DNA from: Octopus vulgaris
Taxonomy: Eukaryota
NCBI GenBank assembly: GCA_951406725.2
Contig: OX597836.1
Coordinates: 7,626,001-7,690,000 of the forward strand
Direction: 5' to 3'
DNA length: 64,000 bases
Below the pieces are notes generated by a model, which was given only the letters and a program-made list of their open reading frames with translations, searched no databases and was not told where the DNA came from. Shown piece after piece: positions 27,930-41,599 of this stretch (positions within the stretch are counted from its first letter, which is position 1; every line of letters begins with the position of its first letter). Made by a program: the position numbers and the translations under genes.

Positions 27930-28093
27930 TATAAAGGGCCGTGGTTAAGGCCAGAACAATGCGATGAAAATGGAGTCAAAACCCCTGAAATATTGAATGT
28001 AAGGTAAGTCTACTTTAATTCATATATTTGTTTCTTGTGATTTACCTTACATTTTACTTTGCATTGTTCCGGCCTTACCCACAATCCTTTATA
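27930..28093. mobile_element. Foldback MITE-like element
   Basis: Outer arms TATAAAGGGCCGTGGTTAAGGCCAGAACAATGC / GCATTGTTCCGGCCTTACCCACAATCCTTTATA; inner arms AATGTAAGGTAAGTC / GATTTACCTTACATT. Confidence 0.7.
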
Positions 28094-28239
28094 AATTGTG
28101 TGCGTGTGTGTATTTAATCCTTAACATTCTCTTTTTGTATGTGTTCATGTATTAGAGATCACTTTGGATTCAGTTTGTTTCAGGTTACCTTAGCAACATT
28201 GTGTTAGCCTTAATTTTCAGATATATTTCTTTGACTGGT

Positions 28240-28500
28240 ATTTTGCATCTCTTATCCATAATCTAAATCTGCTGACACAAGAGAAACAATCGTTGGTAAT
28301 GTACAGTGTAATCATCAATTAAAAATGCGATTTCCCCCTATTCTTGTTCATGTTATATACTCTGAATTTCTTGGAATTATTCAAAGTGATATTTGGATTT
28401 ACGTATCATATATGAGGAATTATCTTCGATTTTAATTGTATTTGAATTTATTGGTTTCTGATTGTTTTCATGTAGTTAACCAAATTTGCTTAACACTGAG
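28240..28500 (-). mobile_element. Possible Penelope-like GIY-YIG C-terminal relic
   Basis: Broken peptide HENNQKPINSNTIKIEDNSSYMIRKSK...MNKNRG resembles the H..H.I.....I......R...E......MN...G end of PLE endonucleases. Highly decayed. Confidence 0.3.
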
Positions 28501-28823
28501 TGCTTTCTAGATAGATATCTGCCTTTTATAGATATAACTATATATAAAATTTAATGTTAGTTTTCCATGCTGGCATGGATTGAATGGGTTGACTGAAAAC
28601 CGCTAAGCTGCACCAGGTTCCAATCTTATTTGGTATGGTTTCTACATCTGGATGCCCTTCCTAAAGCCAACCACTCTGAGAATGTAGTGGGTGCTTTTTA
28701 TGAGCCAGCGGCACAGGTGCCAGTTATGTAACATTGGCATTGACCTCAATTACAATCTCACTTGGCTTGGCAGGTCTTAAGTATGGTATATCACCAAAGG
28801 TCTCAGTCACCAGTCACTGCATC

Positions 28824-28887
<64 letters not shown>

Positions 28888-28899
28888 TACATACATACA

Positions 28900-29123
28900 C
28901 AGGTTTGGCCAAAAGTCACCTGACAGTAAATCAAAACCATTTAATTCCAAAATTTGTTTAACAACTGAATGAATTTAATAAAAGCATCTAAATATGAAAC
29001 ATGAAACTTGTTCAAACTGAAGTCCTTCTTGAGTGACACATTTTTCCCATTCGAGTCAATACAAAATTACAGATAATATTTATGGAATTTTGATTTACTG
29101 CCGGGTAACTTTTGGCCAACCAT
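28900..29123. mobile_element. Tc1/mariner-type MITE, about 225 bp
   Basis: About 35-bp TIRs: GGTTTGGCCAAAAGTCACCTGACAGTAAATCAAAA vs TTTTGATTTACTGCCGGGTAACTTTTGGCCAACC. Embedded in a TA/CA microsatellite. Confidence 0.8.
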
Positions 29124-31480
29124 ATGTGTGTGTGTGTATTTGTTCCCAGAATAAGTACTAGGGGGTCTATTCAATTAAAGCCCTTCAAGGTGGTGCCCCA
29201 ATATGGTAGCAGTCCAATGACTGAAACAAGTAAAATGGGGGAAAGAATGGCTGTTACTGTAGTAAACCTACATAGAGAAATTCTTCTGTAGAAATAGCAA
29301 TACAAAGTAACAATAGAATTACTGTTGGTAACACATAGCAGAATGGTTTAATAGTTATCACTGTTTAACTGCAAGTTGGTTCTGGCAAGGTAGATCTATA
29401 CTGAAAGGCATTCTAGCCATGACCACCCAGTACTATATTATCCAATGTATCCTGCGTTCTTTTTTTAAAGGCATTTGAAGAAGATTTGGCTGCTATCACT
29501 GCTGAGTTGAGTGACCCTGTAGAACAGTGTTTCCCAATAGGGGATGCTACAATTCATTTCAGATTTGGGGAAAGTGTGTAAGATACAAATACAAACTACT
29601 TTGACTATAACTACAGCAGATTTAAGGCAGTGCGTTGGCTGATTCAACTTGTCATTAAGAGGGTGTTGGACTAACAACAGGTCATAAAATACAAATGTAG
29701 ATGTACTCTCATCACCGTCATAGGCTGATGAATCAATGAGTTGCAAACATAGTTTTGTTTTAAAGGAGAAGTAAATTCTCTTACGATGAAACTCCTGTTG
29801 GAATCTGCCAGAACATATTAAGAATAAATATGCAAGTCATCACTGTGTGTATGTGTGTACATATAAAAAAAAAATAGCACACACAGATACAGACAGACAC
29901 ATATTTGACTACCACTAAGGAAGGTTTAAAGAGAGGGTGTTAGCTGATATGACTTGTCATCAAAGAGGTACTGGACTAACAAAACATAAAATACCAATGT
30001 AAGAGGAAACATCATTCATTGGCTTACTTAGCATGTAGATGTGTGTGTGTGTGTGTGTTAAGATTCCTACTAAGGAAGACTTTAAAAAAGGGGTGTTGGC
30101 TGATTTGGCTTGTCATCAAAGAGGTGCTGGATTAACAAAATCTTATGAAATCCTGGTGCAGAGGCATCTTTGTTGGTTTACTAAACATACATACACAAAC
30201 CTAAAACAAAAGAGACCTGATCCTAGAAGTGGCTGTTTAGCACCAGTTCAGCCCTGGCAAGCAGACAGGTAATCATGGATGTACTAGCTGTGACCAGTGT
30301 CTACTTTCTCAGTGTATCTAAAACTAAATCACTGAATCTTTGAGAGAGAGCATTGTTGGACATTTCAGTGCTAGATTCTCTCTTAGCTGTTTGCGCACAC
30401 AGCTTTAGTACAAGAGCTTTAGTCAATCAAAGTAAATTCTATACTACTTTTGTGCCTACATTTCTAATGAAATGCACTGCCTAAATATATTTCATTTCCT
30501 ACAGAGTATGTAGGTATTTTGAAAATACTTCACAGAATGACAACTGTGCCCTGTATAGTTATGGGTTGCCCTTTGGTAGGGCATAGAACCCTTTCAGTCA
30601 CCCTGCAAAGTATATAAAAGTCACGGGAGTGCAGCATGGTGGATTGTGAAGACGCAGTGGAAGAATCCACCTGAGCCAACAATGCTTCGTACATTGATGC
30701 TGAGTAGAGGAATCCTAGAAGATCAATGGCCAGGATTACCAAGCTTTATCAAGAGATCAACTGCCAAGCAATCATAGGGGGTAGCATCCATGTTACCTTC
30801 TCGAGTCATGCAAACTCATACAGGCCGGTTTCCAAGGCATGTAAATTCCATACCAGGACAGGACGCCAGTCTGTTGCAGGATCACTCATTTTTGCCAGCT
30901 GAGTGGACAGGAGCAATGTGAAATGAAGTGCTCTGCTCAAGAGCACAACACATCGCCCAGTCCAGGAATTGAAACCACTATTTTATGAGGAGTCGAACAC
31001 CCTAACCACTAAGTCATGTGCCTCGACAGCTAATGAAAGGTTTATGACAAAGAGTCAGAGGAATTTGTGCAATCAGCGCAACCATTACTGTTTTTGTTGG
31101 GAGGGGTGAAGAGGCCGACACACATTTAGTCTTTGGTAACCCATAGAGTTAATAGTTTGCACAAGCAACAATTTTTACCCATCCTGGCTTCAACATCCAC
31201 TTTTAAACTTGTCATTTTTTTGGCATAGCCAGAAGAAAGGTGTCCACAACCTTCTGCAGGATGGCCAAGATTGCAGATAGGGTGAAGTCATTCTCAGATT
31301 AACAGACAAATTTAATAGTAATGTTAATTTTAACTTGAAAATATTGTACATACAAAAAGCTGAGTTAGTACTATAACTCACCTGAAATAGTTACTAGAAC
31401 TGCTGTGACATGTAAATAATGCAGATAATCAATATATGTTGTAATAAAAGCAAATCAATTGAGTTAACAAAGTGAACTTA

Positions 31481-31594
<114 letters not shown>

Positions 31595-32050
31595 TCACAG
31601 CAATATTGAGAGAAATAACAAAATTTTAATACCAGGCATGAAACATTCATAATAATTATAACATAAAAATAAATGCTGCAACCTGGATTTTAAAGTGTGT
31701 GTGCGTGGGTGTGTGTAATAATTTTATATAGACAGCTGTGTGCAAGGTTTTACCAAAAAAAGAAGAAAAAAAAAAGAAAACTATAATTGTCACTAAAGAT
31801 GACTAAGGTATTAGAACACCTACATAGCTAGAAATAAGAGCTAAAAAGCTCTAATGCTGTAGTTAAAGCACATAATTGTATATAAGATATATATAGATAG
31901 ATATATAGTGAATGAATAGGGATAATAGATCCAGGTGAGTATTGTTCAAGCACTCTAGTAAAATCCAAGTTTTGGCTAACCACATTGGATGATATAGAAT
32001 AACTTGGGATTTAAGGTAAACAATCACATGGTATATAATAGTGACATCCA

Positions 32051-32515
32051 AGCTGGTGGAACCATTAGCACGCTGGGCGAAATGCTTAGCAGTATTTCGA
32101 CTATGTTCTGAGAAGGCAGCGAGCTGGCAGAAACGTTAGCACACCGGGTGAAATGCTTTGTTATATTTCGTCTGCCACTACGTTCTAAGTTCAAATTCCG
32201 CCGAGGTCGACTTTGCCTTTCATTCCTTTCGGGGGTCGATTAAATAAGTACCAGTTACGCACTGGGGTCGATATAATCGACTTAATCCCTTTGTCTGTCC
32301 TTGTTTATCCTCTCTGTGTTTAGCCCCCTTGTGGGTAGTAAAGAAATAGGTATTTCGTCTATGTTCTGAGTTCAAATTCCACCGATGTCGACATAGCCTT
32401 TCATCCTTTCGGGGGTCGATAAATTAAGTACCTGTTGCATACTGGGGTCAATCTTGTCGGCTGTCCCACCACCTCCCAATATTTCAGACCTTGTGCCTAA
32501 AGCAGAAAGGATTAG
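32051..32515 (+). mobile_element. Nested family-A SINEs: young 237-bp copy (32113-32349) inside an older copy
   Basis: 21-bp direct repeat GTATTTCG(A/T)CTATGTTCTGAG at 32092-32112 and 32350-32370; the outer SINE resumes with TTCAAATTCC. Confidence 0.9.
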
Positions 32516-34939
32516 AGATGTCACAGAGTGTCTCATCTGGTAGGTAAATCCGGAGTTTGCTTCATTGGATTATAAATAGCTAATACCTTTATTTTAATGT
32601 GGACAATTATATCTACACCAGTAATGAATTTGAAATCAAAGTTATGCACAAGACAGTAATTCTTTTGCACGACAAAAGTTCTGCCTAGTTAACACCAAAA
32701 ATAGGAAGGAAAGGAAAGGAATAACACCGCACGCATGTGCACGTGCATTTTTTAACTGGTTTCAGCCTCAGAATTGCATCCAAACTGGGAGTATAATCTT
32801 CAAATGCTTTTGTTAATTATACAAACCCTTGTACTTGCTACTTACTTCATCAATCTGGTTAGATACAAATGAAAAAGTTTTTCTTGGTGTAAAAGGGATG
32901 GAACTATCATATGAATGGTGTTTGACCATTCCTCACCAATATACAGTAGATTGTTTTCATCTATGAAATGTTGCATACCATTTGACTTTGCTTCACCAGT
33001 GTTTGTGGTAAAAAGGAGCCTACCGAAAGTGTTATCCAGTGGAAAGATGGTAGCAAACAGCTTTGTCTAACTCATTATATATATATATATATATATATAT
33101 ACATAATCTCATGCCCTCTTCGTTAAATGGAGAGGCGGTGATGAGTGACAATTCTGTAAATAATAATAATATAAGCTTAAAGCTTATATATATACGTGTT
33201 TGAACAAAACTTTACAAGAATTTTGTATAATTTGAATGCTAAAAGTAGCAGACTATTTATGGAATTCCAGGCAACCAATTCTCAAGAGGTATCATGCTAA
33301 CTCAATATCCCTCAAAATAATTTTGAACAAGTTCTAACATTTTATAACACTGATTAGGAAACAAACTATTATTCTTCTGAAATTATCTGTTTTAAAAAAT
33401 AAAAAAAATTCAAAATGGTTTAAGGGAAATGATAATCCTTAGAAAGACCTCACATCCATATTTCTAACACTATAAACAATGTTTTAATATTGATTTTGGA
33501 AATAATCAAGTATTTGAAAAGCTTGGAGCCACATAGACATCTCATCTCTAATATCTATCGCTTTGCAGCTTCTACTGATAATTCTCTCCCTCCACTGCTA
33601 AATTTGAGTAACCATGCTGCTTTACAAGAAGCTGCTCTGCCCCACCACCTTCTCTCGTACTTTAACCCTTCATCCTCTAACATAAAGCTGACCCCACCAG
33701 CACCAACCCATCCCTCAGGATTTGTAGTCTTGCAAGCTGCATGCCAACCTCAGTAGTGCAGGTAGCACAGCAAAAGCATCCAGTACACATTGTAAAGTGT
33801 TAGGCATTAGGAAAGGCATCCATCTGTAGAAACCATGCCAAAACAGACACTGAAGTGTGATGCCATCCTTGGACCCATCAAATCCATGCTGGGAGATTAA
33901 ATGAGGAGGATAGAGAAGCCAGGTATCTCCTATTCAGCAAGAGGTTTGCCTTTGTCTCCCTATCATACTTTAACCTCACAAGACCTGGTGCAAAGCCAAC
34001 TCCCTCAATACTGCACTGCCATGCAAATGAGGGGTCTTATCTTGTGAGTTACTTGGTGACCTCACTAGTGCCAGTGCCTTTAAAACAAAGCACCCAGTAC
34101 ATCCTATAAAGAGGTTGTCAGTCAGAGAAACCAGGCCAAAGCAGACAGAGTTTGCAGTAGTCCTCGGGCTTGATGGATCCAGATGAGCCTTCAAACCCAT
34201 GCTAGCATAAAATACAAATATTACTGTATCAAATCACTGGTTGGAACATAAACAGCTTCTAGTAAAATTGCAAATAGAGGATTCTTATATAAAGATTTTA
34301 AAATAGATACATCTTTATACTACAAAACCAGTGGTGCACAAGAGGCTGGTTGATACCAAATATGTTAAATGAAAATTATCTCAGAAATAAATATCTTAAC
34401 CTGTTTGATATTAACCCACCCAAGACAAAACCTGGTTTTATGTAACAAACTGTTTTAAAAGGTCTAAATTAAAAACCTTCAAAGGGTCAAATCCAACTTC
34501 CTTCTACTCCAGTGAAAAAAAAAAACCTCCATTTACAAAAATACCACTAAGCATTTTGTCCAATGCATTAACAAGTCTATCTTGTCGAGGTCAAAGCCTT
34601 CTCATTTAACCAGGGTTTTAAAAAAATGAGTATTACAGTATACAACAACGGAGTTATTTTCCTGGATCAATCGCAATATCTGCTTAATAATTACATATAC
34701 ACACACTCATTACAACAGAAATCCATGCACCACTGCAGATAAATGGAATAATATGCTTGATCTTACAGTGATAAGTCTCATTGATTAATGGAGGGCTGAG
34801 TAGTTTATTTCAACCTTGGTATTTAACTGATACTCATTTTATTGACCCCAGAAGGGTGAACACTGAAAGACCTTAGATTTTTAATTCAGAAGATTAAATA
34901 GCTGGCCATCAAAAAATAAAAGTATTTTTTAAAAATTGA

Positions 34940-36072
34940 AAAACAGTTAACTAAATTATGACTGGGAAATAGCAGTTTACTCAAAATAACTGCCCTCAGC
35001 TTCCACCATGGCCTCCAGAAAGCTCCGGAATCTGGCACACATGCCTTTCCCACTGTGTCCCTGGGAAAATCTTTAAACACTTGATATTGGCCAGCAGCTT
35101 GGCCTTGGAGTTGCAGGCAGAGCAGTAATCCAAGGGATTATAATCAGGGGAATTAGGAGGTCAGAAATTAGGGCTGGTGAAATTGTAGGAATTATCCAAC
35201 AACCCCTTTTGACTCTTTCCAGAGTTATAAGCAAAAAGCTGAATCCTACTGCCACACATGGGGTTCCAGCAGCTTCACAAAGCCATCTGAATTGAGCCTA
35301 AAGCTCAGTTTGAAGATGTGGGGTGACATGATGTTACACTCACTGGAGACACGTCAAAAGACCATCACAGTTTGGAGAAAATTGGTTTTCAGATGCGAGA
35401 CATCACATGGATTGTAGACAAGACCCCTGTTGTATTGCGTGTTGTGCAACTGGATCTGGCAGCAGTTCTTTTCATTTGAGAAGAACCAGATCATCCCTGA
35501 CTCAACAGGATGCCTCAGCTTGTTCAAGAGCTCCTTTGCCTTTGTTAAGTAGTTTTCCTGGGCCTTAGCAGTCCCCCTGCACCTCTTGTATGAGTGGTTA
35601 TAAAAGTCCCACTTTAGGGCCAACTTCATGGTGGTGGCTCCAACACCCACCTCTCTCACCACAACCTGGATTCCCTGATTCAAAATTTTCATCATCTTGT
35701 TTTGCAGTTGTTGGATGAATACCAGCATGCGGATGCAGTCAGAATATCTTGTGACCCTTCCTGCTGGCCATAGCTTCATAGTCTTTGTTACAGCTGTCCA
35801 TATCATGTCTTGCAGCCTTTACGGCGTTCACAGAACACTGAAAAGTAGTCATGATGTTAGCATTTTGATACCTAGCACAAATCATGACACAGGTAACTCT
35901 TTTCCAATATTCAGATGGCTTCCAGTCCTCCATGCCGGCTAACTTTTTCTCAACTACAACTTCAATCCTTAAGCTCTCCAACGTTGTTGACTGTTCACCA
36001 ATACATTGAGCTGTTCCTGAATAAAAAAGGAGAAATGAAAAAAAAACTGTCAAATTTAGCTGAACATCCTGC
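34940..36072 (-). mobile_element. Decayed Tc1/mariner-superfamily element, probably DD37D (maT)-like
   Basis: ORF 35354..35806 has LLNKLRHP...IWFFSNEKN...TVMVF followed by VSSE..IMSPHIF. C-terminal RFRSFLEAMVEAEGSYFE* ends at 34977. End sequence CAGGATGTTCAGCTAAATTTGACAG near 36047-36072; the other TIR is degenerate. Confidence 0.7.
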
Positions 36073-36527
36073 ATATGTATGAAGGCATGTGACCAAATGG
36101 CTATAGGATTGCACTCACAATCATAAGATCATGGTATCAAATCTCTAACAGGCTGTGCATTGTTTTTGAGCAAATATCTCATTTCATGTAGCTCCAGTCT
36201 ATTCAGCCGTAAAAAGGTAACCCTATGATGGACTGCTGATCCATTTAGGGGAAATATCAGCTTACCTACTTAACCAGTGGGGTGGCAATCACTCAAAAGC
36301 TCAAACAAGGCCAAGTGCATTGTGACCAGCGATGTTTCACAACGTCTAATAAGTCTCATTGATACTGTTACATATATATGATCAATAGGTACAGTCATGG
36401 ATGTCTGGTTGAGAAACTTTGCATTTCAGCCTTGTGCTCTCAAGTTCAGTCCCATTGTGTGGCACCTTGGGTAAAATGTCTTCTTCTATTGCCTTGAGCT
36501 GACCAAAACCTTGTGAGTGGATTTGGA

Positions 36528-36684
36528 AGAGTCATTTTCTTTTTGTGCCTTATATTGACTATTGAAAAGGTTGCAAGACGATGAAAATTTTAGGAAAATA
36601 AAAATAAAAAAATAAGTGGAAATTTTACCGGGGAGTGTGTTAAATTATAAGGCACAAAAAGAAAATGACTCTCCCTAGACAACA

Positions 36685-36688
<4 letters not shown>
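36528..36688. mobile_element. MITE with a perfect 27-bp inverted repeat, abutting (TA)n
   Basis: AGAGTCATTTTCTTTTTGTGCCTTATA (36528-36554) and TATAAGGCACAAAAAGAAAATGACTCT (36646-36672). Confidence 0.8.
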
Positions 36689-36733
<45 letters not shown>

Positions 36734-37625
36734 AGGTTTGGAAAGAATCTGAGATGGCAAAACTGATTTCATGTGGTATGATGAAATTCTTACAGTATGG
36801 TATTCATTACATATTTATCTCCTGTTAAATGTGATCATTGCTGTTCAACATTTGATCATATTTCAGATCTATCTTTCAGAATTATCTTTAACAAATTCAA
36901 CATTATCTATGAGCAACTACTGCCTGAACATGATAGCATAGCTAAAAACCATCAGATTTTCAACATATGCAAGCCAGATCCTCCCATGGGACTTTTTGTC
37001 ATCACCAAACATTCACACAATTTGGGTTTATATTCCAAAAGAAATAAATTGCTTCAGCTGTGCATGGTCCTCTAAAAAGTACAAATATGCCCCATATTTG
37101 ATTATTGCTTCATCTAGTTTATCATACCATGTGGGATCACACTCCTCACTAGCAAGCACTCCTACATGGCCGACAAGAAATAGCAGCCAAATCACACTAC
37201 ACTTTTAGAAACCAAGACACATTTGATAATCTCTTGCATATGGCTGAGAAAAGAAAGGAATGCCTTTTGATTATTGGCCATCTCATTCAGAGACAAGTTG
37301 GCAGCTAAAAACAAGTTACCAATTGTCAAGTTATGTCCTTTTATCTTTTCTCCTGTTACAATTATTCTCTGCTCTTGTGAACATCCTGCCTACAAAGGAT
37401 TGACTGAAATCCAATTTCATATATGTACCAAACTCACTATTTTTATTTTCATTTCTAATTAATCGGTTAATTTCTTGATGTATTTACTTGCTCCCCCACC
37501 ATTAATATTTAGTTTGCTTTGATGTTGATTAGTCAGTCGGTTCTCCAGAGCATACCTGCAATAAAAGGCATTCCAGCTGTAGTTCATATCCACTACCAGT
37601 CTACATTATCCAATATATCCTGCCT

Positions 37626-37853
37626 TTAGCCCTTCAGCATTCAGATTTCTTTGTCAAATGCATTGCCTATTTATTCATATTGTTTTGAATTAATCATGCA
37701 TTATCTTGTAGTTTCAAGATTTCAATGGTGTGCTTGAATATTTTTAGAATGACATTGTAGAGTAAGTGTGAGATGTTGGATCTGGCCTGTGTTAAAATAA
37801 AACAGGTAGAATACTTGGGCCAGGTATGGCCAGATTAAATGCCAAAGGGTTAA
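37626..37853. mobile_element. TTAA-type (piggyBac-like) MITE, about 225 bp; copies also at 16420-16640, 47076-47302 and 53419-53646
   Basis: Ends resemble TTAACCCTTTAGCATT...AATGCYAAAGGGTTAA. Internal sequence shared by four copies in both orientations. Confidence 0.75.
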
Positions 37854-40800
37854 GAGAGCAGGACAAACCTTTGCAACTTGTGTGCTGTCGAACATTTGTG
37901 AGTTGCATGAGACCTACAGGTGTGCCATTTATTGAGGTAGGTCAAAAAAATACTAGAATAGTTAGGAAAACTATTTTTAATGCGTCATACCGCTGTATGT
38001 GCGTTCGTTTGCAACATAATACAATGTATACATCCGTGTGGGTTTTAAAATCAATTTTAACGCTTGTTACTTATAAGACTTCAAAAGAACATTACTTGCA
38101 GAAGCACTTTGAAAAACTTGAGTGTACCACAGACAAAAAAGGTTGAAAATTGTCGAAGTTGGTTGTGATTTGAGGGTGGCTAGCTACTATTTCTAACAGG
38201 TCAATTAACCACAAGCTTTGATGGTAGAGTGGTGTTGTATGTATTATGAATCAGTTTGGGACAACGGAATGCATACAGCAATTCTATAGACAATTCAACA
38301 AGGCTCATTCACTGTTCATTAAAACGTATTTTACATTAGCCATGGGACTTCTGAAATATCTTCACATTTCTCTTATTGCTATCTCTTTTATGGTTCAATT
38401 ACAGGGGAAAGAGCAATGTAAATGACCTTTTTTTCCTATGTTTCTGAGATTGGCTGGGAAAAAGGAAAAAGCCAGAAGTCAAGCAGTGAGAAGCTGCTGC
38501 AGTTGGCAGCAAATATCACGATACGGGGGTCATCTATAGACTAGAGAGTGTCTGAAGAATTACAGGGTGTTGTATGCTGCAAATTATTTTTGGTCGAAAT
38601 TTCCTCTCTTGGAGAAAAACAAGAAACTTAGCAGCAATCATTAGCAACTTTCAATGAAAAGAGATAATATAAAGAAATGAATTTCAGTTAATTGACATAT
38701 TTAGTGGGAATAAAGTCTGAAATTTAGTTTGTAAAGAGACCAGAAAGAATATGTTTGAGTCTATTAGACCTCATCAGCATAATGCTAAAATCTACCAGTT
38801 GTTTGACAGATTTTTACAAATAGAAAAGGAAACAAATTATTTTGTCACTACAATTTGCAATATTAAAAATATGAGTTGAGGAAAACCAAAGTGTGATCAA
38901 AGCTTGCAACAATTTGGACTCTGCTAAAGATATCCCTTCCCCTACTGCACGGTGGTGGTATTGTAGGAAGCAGTAGCTTGACCATGGTGGTAAGATTAAA
39001 ACAGTAGGTTTGGCTATACTATGGCTGATAGTTTTAAACACAAGATGTTGCTGTCAGAGTCCTAAAACACTAAAAACTCAGACACCCACTCACATTTTGT
39101 TGAATGTTAACTGATATTTTATATATTTATCGTATTTACTTCATTAGAAAAAAAAAAGTTTTCCTCTGCCACAATCTTAGGACAATAACTCCATAGTTCA
39201 CGAAAAGGTGTTCCTTCATATGCTTATCTCCATCACTAGTGGTGGCTGTGTTTATGATTTTATACACTAAGTTCATTGTCATGTTTTCTAGACGAAGGCT
39301 TGTGGCAAATTAACATTTTTAGACCAGCACAAATGCCTACTTTATTGTTTCCAGGAAATACAATTTGCTAATATACTTACATACATATGTGTGTGCCTCT
39401 CCAACCCATACCAGGATGGAAATATATATATTGATTAGTTATAGGCTCCATTAGAATCTAGGCACACCAACACATAGGATGCCAGAAGTGGCTAGGTCCA
39501 ATAACATAGGGTCCACAGTGAAGGAAGACAACCATGAAGTTATGTGTTGGTAAAATACAGTAGATATGCAAGTACCAAATCCAATTTAAACCACAGATCT
39601 GACTCAGGACTGGTTCTATGTATGGCATGTTCTCTCTCTCTCTCTCTTTCTCATATATAGGTACAGGTGTACCAGTATGGTTAAGAAGTTGGCTTCCTAA
39701 CCTCATGACTTGTAAAACAGCCCTGGGCCAACCAATGTGAATTTGGTGGACAGAAACTGAAAGAAGCCCTGAACAATGTCTCTCACAATTAATTACTCAG
39801 TAACAGGTGTTGATTTGTTTATCTCCCTATAACTGAGCAGTTTGGCAAAAGAGACCAATAGAATAAGTACCAGACTTCAAACATAAATACTGGAGCCGAT
39901 TTGTTCAAGTGAATCCTTTGAAACAGTACCCCAGCATGGTTGCAGCCCAATGACTGAAACAAATTTGTTTTTCTCTTTACTTTTTGGCATCAAAAAAGGT
40001 TTTCGCACAGAATGACCTAAATATTAAATATTTGACATTAATTAGAAGCCGATTGAAATATGAATGAACATAAATAGAAATTATTGCAGTCAACAGGATA
40101 TAAATATGTAATGAATACCATACTGCAAGAAGTAAGTTCTTTATGAATTGACATCATGAACCACTTCACTTCCTAGAGAGAGAGATAAAAAGAGCTATAT
40201 AGTTGTTAGACTGGCTACAAGTAGAAGCTAAACCTCCTTCAAGCACAATCCTACTGCCTGGGAGAAAGAAAGGATAATGTAGTCCTAGATATAACAAAGC
40301 TGGGATGGTCATATCTGGAATGTATTTGATCATAGATCTGATCAAGCAGAGGTGACCAGGAGGTTAAACACGATTGTTTGCCTAATCTAAAGCAACAACA
40401 TTATAGAAAAACTTGAAAATTTAAAACTACATCAAAATGTGTTGTTAAGAAGCTAGCTTTGGAACCATATGGCTCCAGGTTCAGTTCCACAGTGTGGCAC
40501 CTTTGGGCTGACTAATGCCTTGTGAGTAGATTTGGCCAATGGAAACTGAGGGAAAGCTCTGAAAGACCCCCAACCCCTACTTGACAACTGGTATTGGTAT
40601 AGGTTTGGCAAAAAGAAACCAAAAACTAGACCCTTCAAGGAGGTGCACCAACATCATTGCAGTTCAATAACTGAAACAAGTAAAAGATGCGATCAAGATT
40701 TCCAATTTCCGAGCTGTAACTTAATTACCATAGCTTCCATCAATTTGATGGGTTCACCAATTCTACCCTGCAAAATGTCCTTAATTCATACAACATTACT

Positions 40801-41336
40801 TTCTCCATGGAGATAATTTCACCTGACACCAATGTTCTCAAGTCTGTCCTCCTCGTCATGTCACCCCAAATATCCTTTGTTGATTGCACAACTAGAAATA
40901 CCTTCCATGATATGTTTCCAGGCAATAATCAACATCCATTGAGCATATCCAAACCAACAATAGAGTTGATGAAATATCACAGTGTTGCAGATTAAAAAAA
41001 AAAAAAAGTTTTTATTATTTACATCAATGCTATATTTTGATCTCTGACCATCAACTGGTGTTTTATTCCAGGATATGTACAAGAGGCAACTATATACCAG
41101 TACAGAATGAAAACTCATAATTGATAGAGAACTGTGGAGCATCATCATCATTTAGCATCCATTCTCTATGCTGGCATGGGTTAGATGGTTTGACTGGAAG
41201 TAGTAAGAAAGAGAGCTATATCGGTCTCCAGTCACATTTGGCTTAGTTTCTACAGCTGGATGATGCCCTTCCTAACTTCAACCACTCCAAGAGTGCCTTT
41301 TACATCTCACAGGCTCCTAAGAAAAATCTAAGGTGG

Positions 41337-41588
41337 CAGTGTTTCTCAAACATTTTTTAGTTACAGACCCCACTGATTCCTATTTTACTTAGATGGACCC
41401 TCTTAGTCATTTGATGTTTAAAAAACCCTACTATATTTTTATAATTAAATTTATTAGGAACCATTTAAAAAAATTATTAAAATATTTTGTTTATTGTAGA
41501 AGTACAACCAATTCATTGCAGCGCAAACTTACATGAACCCCAATTATATGAATGCAAATCTTATATGAACCCCAAATGAGAACCACTG
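41337..41588. mobile_element. hAT MITE; related copies at about 46594-46816 and 48047-48287
   Basis: CAGTGTTTCTCAA...TGAGAACCACTG ends. Shared internal GATTCCTATTTTACT...ATTAAATATTATTAGGAA...TATTGTAGAAG...AAAATCTTATATGGAC in all three copies. Confidence 0.75.
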
Positions 41589-41599
41589 ATCTAAGATAT

